Positions 21,395 through 29,048 of a stretch of 32,000 nucleotides of DNA are shown here, one piece after another. The DNA is taken from positions 900,001-932,000 of the forward strand of contig NZ_CP007754.1 of assembly GCF_000757865.1 (NCBI RefSeq), in the 5' to 3' direction. This DNA comes from Prochlorococcus sp. MIT 0801. Its GTDB lineage: Bacteria > Cyanobacteriota > Cyanobacteriia > PCC-6307 > Cyanobiaceae. Each line of letters opens with the position of its first letter. The stretch's first letter is position 1. Under the pieces are notes generated by a model. The model saw only the letters and a list, made by a program, of their open reading frames with translations. It ran no database searches and was not told the origin of the DNA. A program made the position numbers and the translations under genes.

Positions 21395-21510
21395 GGAATT
21401 CTTAAAGCCAGACCCAAGACGCTAAACAGTCTGAGTGACCCTTTAGAACGGCTCTAGAGCGTCCAGGCAAATATGGCTAGCATTTAGTGCCTTTCACTTG
21501 TTTGATGCGT
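21395..21510. ncRNA. candidate structured small RNA or regulatory element (GC-rich island)
   Basis: By hand count, 54 G+C in the 112 nt of 21405-21516, set in AT-rich flanks. GACGCT (21418-21423) pairs with AGCGTC (21458-21463). There is a perfect 10-bp palindrome GCTCTAGAGC (21451-21460). A plus-strand terminator-like hairpin pairs AGGCA (21465-21469) with TGCCT (21488-21492), followed by TTCACTTGTTTG. Confidence 0.25.
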
Positions 21511-21655
21511 GTCTCAGTTAAAAATTAAGAAAGATAAAACTTCTTAAGCTAATTTCATTGCAAACAATTATCTTTATTTTTAATTAGATAATAAGTATTG
21601 ATTTGAACTTTAAGGTTATAAAATATGTAATAATTGTATTATTGATTAAGGTCTA

Positions 21656-22498
21656 TTGAAGGTGAAGAGCGAATTAATATGGTCGAAAGCTCTTGAAACC
21701 AGCAGAAAAGCTATTGAATGTGCAGCTGTTATTCCATTAGAAACTTATAAATATAAATCTATTAAAAGAATTTTTGACTATGAATTGAGGTTTCTAAAAA
21801 GAACCTTTCCAAAAAATTTAGTTGACTATGGTCCAAAGGAAAATCCCTTTATTCCTTGGGATAGAAGACTTGAAGTTCAGGCAGTAAATGATAATTACAC
21901 TTTAATTTTGAATAAATATCCTGTACAACTGGGGCATTTATTATTAATTACTAATTATTGGAAACCACAAAATAGTTGGCTAAATATCGGCGATTTTGAA
22001 GCAATTTCTAAAGTTGATAATGATACAACAGGATTATGGTTTTTCAATAGCAGTAAGGAAGCAGGAGCTAGCCAGCCTCATCGTCATTTTCAATTATTAC
22101 GTAGGCATACTTATGAAAATATTTGTCCTAGATATGATTGGTTTTGTTCTTTACTAAATAATAGTGAAGATTTTAACTCTGATATCAAACAAAGTATTTC
22201 AATTAAACCAAGAATGAGTAAATCTGAAATAGATGCTAATGACTTGTTTAATTCATATAAGTCAATGATTATTGAAATGGATTTAGGTGATATAAATAAT
22301 GATGATAAACCAATAAAGCCATATAATCTTCTTATCACAAAAAGATGGATTTCACTTATTGTAAGATCGAAGGATAGGTCTCATGGTTTCAACATAAATG
22401 CACTGGGATTTGCAGGATATTTTCTTGGAACAAAAAGATCAGATATTGATATGTTGATTAAATTTGGTCCAGAATCTATTTTAAAACATGTAATTTAA
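21656..22498 (+). CDS. apa2: ATP adenylyltransferase (Ap4A phosphorylase II family)
   Basis: 280-aa ORF with the HIT-like active-site motif GASQPHRHFQLL. Non-ATG start (TTG 21656 or GTG 21662). Confidence 0.82.
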   Translation: MKVKSELIWSKALETSRKAIECAAVIPLETYKYKSIKRIFDYELRFLKRTFPKNLVDYGPKENPFIPWDRRLEVQAVNDNYTLILNKYPVQLGHLLLITNYWKPQNSWLNIGDFEAISKVDNDTTGLWFFNSSKEAGASQPHRHFQLLRRHTYENICPRYDWFCSLLNNSEDFNSDIKQSISIKPRMSKSEIDANDLFNSYKSMIIEMDLGDINNDDKPIKPYNLLITKRWISLIVRSKDRSHGFNINALGFAGYFLGTKRSDIDMLIKFGPESILKHVI

Positions 22499-22515
22499 AC
22501 TATTAAGAATATTTT

Positions 22516-22695
22516 TTAACTTTCTACAGTAGACATATTTGATTCAATTTGCTCCTCTAGCTTAGAAATAGAAGCTGATATTGCAGCAAGTTTCCGCTCA
22601 TAAGATTCTTTAATTGATATTAACAGATGTAATTTTTTAGTCTGAATGAACTTTTTTCTTTGACTCCATTCTTGATTTGAATTACAAAAGTCCAT
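22516..22695 (-). CDS. hypothetical small protein (59 aa, predicted helical/coiled-coil)
   Basis: Hand-translated ATG-to-TAA ORF: MDFCNSNQEWSQRKKFIQTKKLHLLISIKESYERKLAAISASISKLEEQIESNMSTVES. It is below the ORF-track length cutoff, uses AT-rich codons typical of the host, and sits 17 nt from the apa2 stop (convergent). Confidence 0.4.
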   Translation of the reverse strand: MDFCNSNQEWSQRKKFIQTKKLHLLISIKESYERKLAAISASISKLEEQIESNMSTVES

Positions 22696-22880
22696 CTTAG
22701 TTAAATTAATTTAACTCACAATAGACAATGATTATAACGAATGTGTATCTAATGGGATTATTTAAATATGATCAAAGATTTTATTTTTTTTTAATATTGA
22801 TTCTTTTTTATATATATTCAAACGTATAGGTGTGTTGAGACTCAAAACCCTATTAATATAGATTTAGTTTATGTCTTGAT

Positions 22881-23924
22881 GTGGCAGAAGCAGAAACTGA
22901 AGAGAAGAAGGTAAAAAGAATTTCAATTGACTTGCCAATTGAGTTAATAGAAGGTGTAGATCGTCTTCGTAAAGAGTGGGGACTAAGGGCCAGAGGACTT
23001 GTCTTTGCGAGGCTATTAGAAGTTATTTTAGCAAACGACTTAGAGGATGATTTAACAAACAATCAACAACTAGAGCTTAACCAAAGTATTAAGACTGACT
23101 TGGTAACAAACAATTATGATGAAGTAGACAATAAGACTGAGGAAAAGGCAATTGTTATAGTTGGTGATAAGAATATTGAAATAAAGAATGTCTCAGTACT
23201 AGAAAATGATTTAGAAAATAACAGTATCAATAAAAAAAATCAGATAACATCTGGCATTGAACTCCCTGGGTTTATAAGGAAACAAGCTACTAATTTAAAG
23301 AGAAGTTTAAGCAAGGACAAGACTATAAAAAATATGGAGGACACATCAATTACAACTATTGATATAAACGATTTATTAGAGGCTAAAGATGATGCAGTAA
23401 AACATTGGATCTACCTTTACGGACAAAAACCGACAGACAATGTTCTTGAGGCATCCATGATTTGGCTAGCAAGGGATATATGGCCTAACGTCGATGGTAC
23501 GGAAAACATTCCTTTCACATGGAATGCTGCATGCAAAATGTTGAATTCATATTGCAAGGATTGGCATAATGAAAATCTGACTTTTGATCAAGTAATCATA
23601 TTAGCTGGAGCATTAGAAGATCCATTCTCTACTAGAAACCTAAAAAGCAGAATTCCTACTCTCATTCGAAGATTTGTAAATAAATTTAAACGAAGCAACA
23701 ATGTAACTTCTTTTCAAACACTTGAATCAACCATGACCGTCCATGGAGCACTTAAATTATTAGGTTTACCTACAAAGGCGGGCTCTTCATTAACACTTTC
23801 TTTCATCAGGGAATCATATAAAAACAAAGCATTATCTAACCATCCAGACGCTGGGGGCTCAAATGAATCAATGAGGAAGCTAAATGAAGCATATCAGCTT
23901 TTAAAAGATTTATACAAAAATTGA
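22881..23924 (+). CDS. J-domain protein with an N-terminal ribbon-helix-helix-like segment
   Basis: 347-aa ORF with a GTG start. Residues 11-50 (VKRISIDLPIELIEGVDRLRKEWGLRARGLVFARLLEVIL) show an RHH-like strand-helix-helix pattern. The C-terminal roughly 60 aa form a J domain with HPD at residues 321-323 (nt 23841-23849). Confidence 0.8.
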   Translation: MAEAETEEKKVKRISIDLPIELIEGVDRLRKEWGLRARGLVFARLLEVILANDLEDDLTNNQQLELNQSIKTDLVTNNYDEVDNKTEEKAIVIVGDKNIEIKNVSVLENDLENNSINKKNQITSGIELPGFIRKQATNLKRSLSKDKTIKNMEDTSITTIDINDLLEAKDDAVKHWIYLYGQKPTDNVLEASMIWLARDIWPNVDGTENIPFTWNAACKMLNSYCKDWHNENLTFDQVIILAGALEDPFSTRNLKSRIPTLIRRFVNKFKRSNNVTSFQTLESTMTVHGALKLLGLPTKAGSSLTLSFIRESYKNKALSNHPDAGGSNESMRKLNEAYQLLKDLYKN

Positions 23925-24286
23925 CGTCCAACATGTCTCATGTAAGTCTTGTAATGAGTCTTATCACGCGTCTTGAATGAGCCAGCTAAGATAATACTTT
24001 TTCCATTTTTGAGCGAATGCAATCTTTGTATGAAAATTGTGAGAAATTAGATTTTTTTTACTTGTTTTTATCGGCGAACTTGTTCAAGCTAATGACTATT
24101 ACACTGCAAGCAACAAATTAAAATCCTAATTTAACCGTTCTTTTCACCCATTAGCCAACTAAATAATTCTAATAAAATATCAACATTCAAGATTAACGTC
24201 CAATTGCTGTCCATTCTAATAAATTAAGTTTAGAACCCCTCCTGCAACTTGGTTTTGAAGTCTGCTTAACTGTTTTATAGACAGTT

Positions 24287-24439
24287 ATGCACACATATCG
24301 ATCAAAACATATCTTGGATTATCAACTCCTATACGTATTCCATGGATTTCCTGATTATAAGCTTTCTCATTGGTCTAAAATAAGTCCCATTGTTAGTCCT
24401 GTATTGCGTCGCATTAAGGATCTTGGAGACTATTTTTAA
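24287..24439 (+). CDS. hypothetical small ORF (50 aa)
   Basis: Hand-translated: MHTYRSKHILDYQLLYVFHGFPDYKLSHWSKISPIVSPVLRRIKDLGDYF. It is the only ORF longer than 30 codons in a 714-bp spacer. Its start codon overlaps a 7-bp hairpin (24267-24287). Confidence 0.3.
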   Translation: MHTYRSKHILDYQLLYVFHGFPDYKLSHWSKISPIVSPVLRRIKDLGDYF

Positions 24440-24638
24440 GATGTTTTTGCAATAGAAATATAAAATTTTAAATATGAGTGATTTTTCATCAATGAATATT
24501 TATAAGCAATAAACAAGACATCTATCTGCAAATAATGTTTATTCTCTAAATATATTTTTCTTGAAAACAGTTGTCTCGTAAATCTTGTATTAGACTGCTT
24601 AATAGACTAACTAAGAGACAAAACTGATACTTCTGAGA

Positions 24639-27113
24639 CTAACTTCTTAGTTCCGCTTTTATTTTTTCTTTAAGAGCATTTCTTATCTTTTCGTGTATTG
24701 GATTAATGTCTTCCTCTACTAATGTTTTTTTAACATCTCTGTATCTGATTCGAAAAGCTTGGCTAATCGCATCCTCGGGCATTGAAGAGCCCTCGTAACG
24801 GTCTATTAATTCTACTTTCTCTAATAATGGCCTTCCAGTTTTTTTAATTAGACTCATGATTTCTAAAGAGCTATATTTTTTTGAATGTATGAGGGCAATA
24901 TCTCTTTCCATATAAGGAACAGTGGGGTAATCCTTGTAAATTCTTGTCCAATTTGTTTTCCTTGTCGCAGCTTTTATCAATGAATCAAAATCAAGGTTAA
25001 ATAAATAAGTTTCCTTAATTAGATCAAATTTCTCAGACTGCGAAGGATGAATTTGACCAAAGAATCCGATACTTTTGCCTTCAACAAATAATTCAGACGT
25101 TCGGCCTGGATGCATGAAATCTTTATCAGTAAGCTGCTTATCAATAGTCTCAACTCCAAGAACATCAAGAGATTGCTTAAGTTTGCCTCTTGCTTCAAAA
25201 TAATCTAACGATAGTTGTTTTGATGCTCTACCCCACTTACTAAGTCGTTTACTACCAGTCAATGCACCTGATAACAAATTAGTTTCAACAAAAGATTCTT
25301 TGTCTTTTTTGTATGTCTTTGCTATTTCAAAGATCCAACAACCTTCAGCTCCAAAAGATACGTTTCTCTGGAGTATTTTAAGATGTTCATCCCATACATT
25401 TGTTCTTAATCTACTTGTCTCTGATAGTAATGGATTTTTAATTAATACAGCATTGTCATCAGTATTTTCTGGACCAACAAGTGAAGAAGTAACTACCTCT
25501 TGAAAACCATTATGGATGAAAGAATTTCGTAAACGTCTTTCGACTAATTTAGTGGGTGAAAGGACTCCTGGCTCAAGAGGATCTGGCATATTTGAATCAA
25601 AATTATCATATCCAATTAGCCTCGCTATCTCCTCTATTAAATCAATTTCTCTTGTTAAATCAGATGATCTATAAGGAGGGACTTGAACATTCCAACCGGA
25701 ATCATTTGATGTAAGTATGAGACCTAGTTTTGATAAGAGTGTCTCAATCTCATCTTCATTAAGATATCGAAGTTTAGTAGAATTAATATTTACAATATTA
25801 CTATCTGAGCTACTTAATTTACCTAAGACCTTATTGATTTTATCCATTCTTAGATTTACACTAATACTTTTTTTCTTGAAATCAGTATTAACATAAGAAG
25901 ATATATTGTCCCCCCCTAACTGAACAGAAATTAGTTCACTAGCTCTTTTAGAAACAGCAGTAGTCATGTTTGACGATATTCCTTTTTCGTACCTACTACT
26001 TGCATCTGTCCTAAGGCCTATTTCTCTACTACTATTTCTAATTGAAGTAGGGGTAAATACAGCAGCTTCTAACCAAATCCTTGTTGTTTTATCACTTACA
26101 GAACTATTATTTCCACCTATAACTCCTGCTATTGCTATTGGAATATCGTCGCAGGTAATCAACTTTATCGTTGGATTTATCTTATATTCCTTTTTATCAA
26201 GTGCGACAAATAATTCACCTTCCTTACCATTTCTAATACCAAAATCATTTGGTATAACCTTTCTACCAATTATATTATCTAATAGATCTGCATCAAAAGC
26301 ATGTAAAGGTTGTCCCTGTTCAAGCATTAGATAATTTGTAATGTCTACAACAGGATTTATACAATTTTGTTTTAATGAACTTAATTTATTAAAAATATTT
26401 TTATTTGTGTTTCCAGTATTGTCAATACTGTCTATATACGTAATTGAGTATATACAGTCTACTCCAATCGTTTCTTTATCACTTATGTTCGGTTCAAATA
26501 TATTAAAGTCTTCATTGTAATTTAAAGTTGGTAATGTTAATTTTGAATTTGTTATTGTAGATATTTCTCGTGCTATACCTACCATTGACATACCATCAGG
26601 TCTATTAGCAGTAATAGCTAATTCAATGATGGTGTCATTCAAACAAAGGTAATCAACAGCATTTGTACCAATTGGTGGGATATTTGCTTCATTTTCTTCA
26701 AGAATTTCAATACCTTCATTACTACTTTCAATACCTAATTCTTCCAGCGAACAAATCATTCCCTCGCTTTCAACGCCACGTAAATTAGATAATTTTATTT
26801 TTAGTGACTTTGAAGATAAATAAGCTCCAACCTTCGCCACTAGGACGTGAAATCCAGCTTTTACATTTGGTGCACCACAAACAATGCTCAACTTTTTGGG
26901 TAAACCAACATCTACAGAACAAACTTTTAGCTTTTCGGCATTTGGATGCGGTGAGATTTCCTCAACAAAACCTATAACAACATTCTGTGCTTGTTCTGAT
27001 AAGTCTTCTATTGATTCAACCTCAAAGCCAGTCATTGACAGCTTTTCAGAAAGCTCGTCAATATCATTGTTAAATTCGACAAGATCTTTTAGCCAAGAAA
27101 CAGATACCTTCAT
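24639..27113 (-). CDS. pheT: phenylalanyl-tRNA synthetase beta subunit
   Basis: 824-aa ORF with an N-terminal tRNA-binding domain (KVSVSWLKDLV...), B3/4 and B5 domains and a C-terminal FDX-ACB-like domain. Confidence 0.96.
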   Translation of the reverse strand: MKVSVSWLKDLVEFNNDIDELSEKLSMTGFEVESIEDLSEQAQNVVIGFVEEISPHPNAEKLKVCSVDVGLPKKLSIVCGAPNVKAGFHVLVAKVGAYLSSKSLKIKLSNLRGVESEGMICSLEELGIESSNEGIEILEENEANIPPIGTNAVDYLCLNDTIIELAITANRPDGMSMVGIAREISTITNSKLTLPTLNYNEDFNIFEPNISDKETIGVDCIYSITYIDSIDNTGNTNKNIFNKLSSLKQNCINPVVDITNYLMLEQGQPLHAFDADLLDNIIGRKVIPNDFGIRNGKEGELFVALDKKEYKINPTIKLITCDDIPIAIAGVIGGNNSSVSDKTTRIWLEAAVFTPTSIRNSSREIGLRTDASSRYEKGISSNMTTAVSKRASELISVQLGGDNISSYVNTDFKKKSISVNLRMDKINKVLGKLSSSDSNIVNINSTKLRYLNEDEIETLLSKLGLILTSNDSGWNVQVPPYRSSDLTREIDLIEEIARLIGYDNFDSNMPDPLEPGVLSPTKLVERRLRNSFIHNGFQEVVTSSLVGPENTDDNAVLIKNPLLSETSRLRTNVWDEHLKILQRNVSFGAEGCWIFEIAKTYKKDKESFVETNLLSGALTGSKRLSKWGRASKQLSLDYFEARGKLKQSLDVLGVETIDKQLTDKDFMHPGRTSELFVEGKSIGFFGQIHPSQSEKFDLIKETYLFNLDFDSLIKAATRKTNWTRIYKDYPTVPYMERDIALIHSKKYSSLEIMSLIKKTGRPLLEKVELIDRYEGSSMPEDAISQAFRIRYRDVKKTLVEEDINPIHEKIRNALKEKIKAELRS

Positions 27114-27229
27114 GATTTGTTCTCACACGAGTTATACATAGGTGCTCAAATGAATTTATAAAAAAGGGTGCATAGCCTAGTAGAATTGTACTTTGTTCCC
27201 TAGACTCACCAAAGTTGAGCTAAGTTCAT

Positions 27230-27427
27230 ATGGCGAAAAAAGGTACCAGAATTGTGGTCACTTTAGAATGTACTGAGTCTAGAACTGTACCTAGCTCAGA
27301 AAAACGTTCTGCAGGAGTATCTAGATACACCACAGAAAAAAATCGTAGAAACACTACTGAGAGACTTGAACTAAAAAAATTCTGTCCTGAATTAAATAAG
27401 ATGACAATTCATAGAGAAATCAAATAA
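27230..27427 (+). CDS. rpmG: 50S ribosomal protein L33
   Basis: 65-aa basic protein, [16 protein letters not shown]...[11 protein letters not shown], typical of L33. Confidence 0.95.
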   Translation: MAKKGTRIVVTLECTESRTVPSSEKRSAGVSRYTTEKNRRNTTERLELKKFCPELNKMTIHREIK

Positions 27428-27452
27428 TTATTCCTCTCCACACTTTTTTAAA

Positions 27453-27674
27453 ATGACTAATTCTGTATTTAAACAAAAGCTTTCTCCAATAAAGCCAGGC
27501 GATCCTATTGACTATAAGGACGTAGAATTATTAAAGAAGTTTATTACTGATAGAGGTAAAATTTTACCTAGAAGACTTACAGGATTAACAGCTAAGCAAC
27601 AAAGAGACTTAACAACAGCTGTTAAAAGAGCAAGAATAATTGCCTTACTCCCCTTTGTTAATCCAGAAGGATAG
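27453..27674 (+). CDS. rpsR: 30S ribosomal protein S18
   Basis: 73-aa ORF with the S18 signature [43 protein letters not shown]. Confidence 0.95.
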   Translation: MTNSVFKQKLSPIKPGDPIDYKDVELLKKFITDRGKILPRRLTGLTAKQQRDLTTAVKRARIIALLPFVNPEG

Positions 27675-27706
27675 TTATATATTTTTAATATTCTATTAAA
27701 AATATA

Positions 27707-28981
27707 ATGGGCACAAAAATAATAGAAGATGAAATAAAAGATTTAATATTCAGATCTAAGACAAGTAATAATTTAAATTCTGCAGTTAAAGATCTTACCC
27801 ATCTTAAAACATATACAATAGATGATTCTAAAACGGTAGAAATAGATGATGCAATTTCACTAGAAAAAGTATCTGGTCAGGAAAAGTTATGGATTCATAT
27901 CGCAGCCCCTGCTTCCTATATTGAATATCAATCAGGTATAGATATAAAAGCAAGAAAACTTGTCTCAACTGTTTATTTATCTACCAAAACTTCTTACATG
28001 CTTCCAGAAGCTTTAATAAATAATATATTCAGCCTAAGTGATAAAGAAAAGAGAGAATCATTAAGCTTAGGTGTTGTCTTTAATGATGACGGTAGTATTT
28101 CTTCTACTGAAATTGTTCAGAGTTTGATTCAAGTAGATTACCGTTTAGATTTTACAGAAGCTGATGAACTAATAGACTATGCGCCAAAAGAAGAGGAGGA
28201 TTTAAGTGTAATATCAAGCATTTTAGAAATTAGAAAGAGTTGGAGGAAGAAGCTTGGTTCAATTGAAATATTAGAATCTTATGGAAAAATAGTTGTTGAA
28301 GATAAGATTCCCAACATAAAAATAATTGATCCAACTTTATCAAGACAACTAATAAGTGAGGCTATGATCTTGTACGGAGATATTATTTCAAATTTTACTA
28401 AGCTAAATAAAATACCTGTTCCATATAGGGTTCAAGAACGCGCACATAAAGTAAGTAAAGATAATATTCAACTTTCTGATAATAAAATTTTATATAATTT
28501 TTTACTTAAGAAAACTATGGGTAAAACTTATTATTCTATAAATCCAATGCAACACGATAGTTTAGCATTAACATCTTATTTACATGCTACATCTCCCATT
28601 AGAAGATATGCTGACTTGTTAGTTCACTATCAATTAAATAGATTTCTTAATAATAAAGTTCTCATATCTAAGGATGATGTTCAACAGATTATTCAGGAGA
28701 TTAATAATCAAGGAAGACAAAATATCATGAGATTTAGAGAAGATCAAAAATATTGGCTAGGTAAATGGTTCGAAAATAACACGTTTAATGAATATAGTGT
28801 GTTATTGCTTAATTGGGTAAATAGGTATAAAAATATTTGTCTTCTATACTTTGTCGATTATAATTTTTCTACAATATCCAATTTGCATTCAAAATTAAAT
28901 ATAAATATCGGAGACAATTTTAATGTTAAAAAAACTACCCATGATAACAATGATATGAATTATTTTGAGATAATTCAATGA
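27707..28981 (+). CDS. rnb: RNase II/R family 3-prime exoribonuclease, short form
   Basis: 424-aa ORF. RNB motif I (IDDSKTVEIDDAIS) already begins at residue 38, and the catalytic motif HATSPIRRYADLLVHYQL is present. The ORF starts 32 nt after rpsR. Confidence 0.85.
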   Translation: MGTKIIEDEIKDLIFRSKTSNNLNSAVKDLTHLKTYTIDDSKTVEIDDAISLEKVSGQEKLWIHIAAPASYIEYQSGIDIKARKLVSTVYLSTKTSYMLPEALINNIFSLSDKEKRESLSLGVVFNDDGSISSTEIVQSLIQVDYRLDFTEADELIDYAPKEEEDLSVISSILEIRKSWRKKLGSIEILESYGKIVVEDKIPNIKIIDPTLSRQLISEAMILYGDIISNFTKLNKIPVPYRVQERAHKVSKDNIQLSDNKILYNFLLKKTMGKTYYSINPMQHDSLALTSYLHATSPIRRYADLLVHYQLNRFLNNKVLISKDDVQQIIQEINNQGRQNIMRFREDQKYWLGKWFENNTFNEYSVLLLNWVNRYKNICLLYFVDYNFSTISNLHSKLNINIGDNFNVKKTTHDNNDMNYFEIIQ

Positions 28982-29048
28982 TTAATATAAACTATAATCA
29001 TTGAAGTGCAAAAGCCTTAAAAATATAATATAATAATCAGAATATGTA

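Noticed and set aside
21365-21457. 30-aa ORF (MNFLAITIFSGILKARPKTLNSLSDPLERL) crossing the GC-rich island; possible small membrane peptide.
   Set aside because: Its distal half uses mostly G/C-ending codons, unlike the strongly A/T-ending usage of every confident gene here. The GC enrichment coincides with base-pairing potential. I favour RNA structure, though translation is not excluded.
21595-21608. NtcA-like site GTA-N8-AAC upstream of the Ap4A phosphorylase gene, plus a GT-N8-AC at about 21270-21281.
   Set aside because: The match is imperfect (AAC instead of TAC). Spacing to the nearest -10-like box is about 10 nt rather than the roughly 22 nt expected for NtcA-activated promoters. The second site has the wrong half-site spacing.
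22853-23062. 69-aa minus-strand ORF overlapping the start of the RHH-like/J-domain gene.
   Set aside because: It is a Ser/Lys-rich shadow frame antisense to the best-conserved-looking (RHH-like) part of the plus-strand gene.
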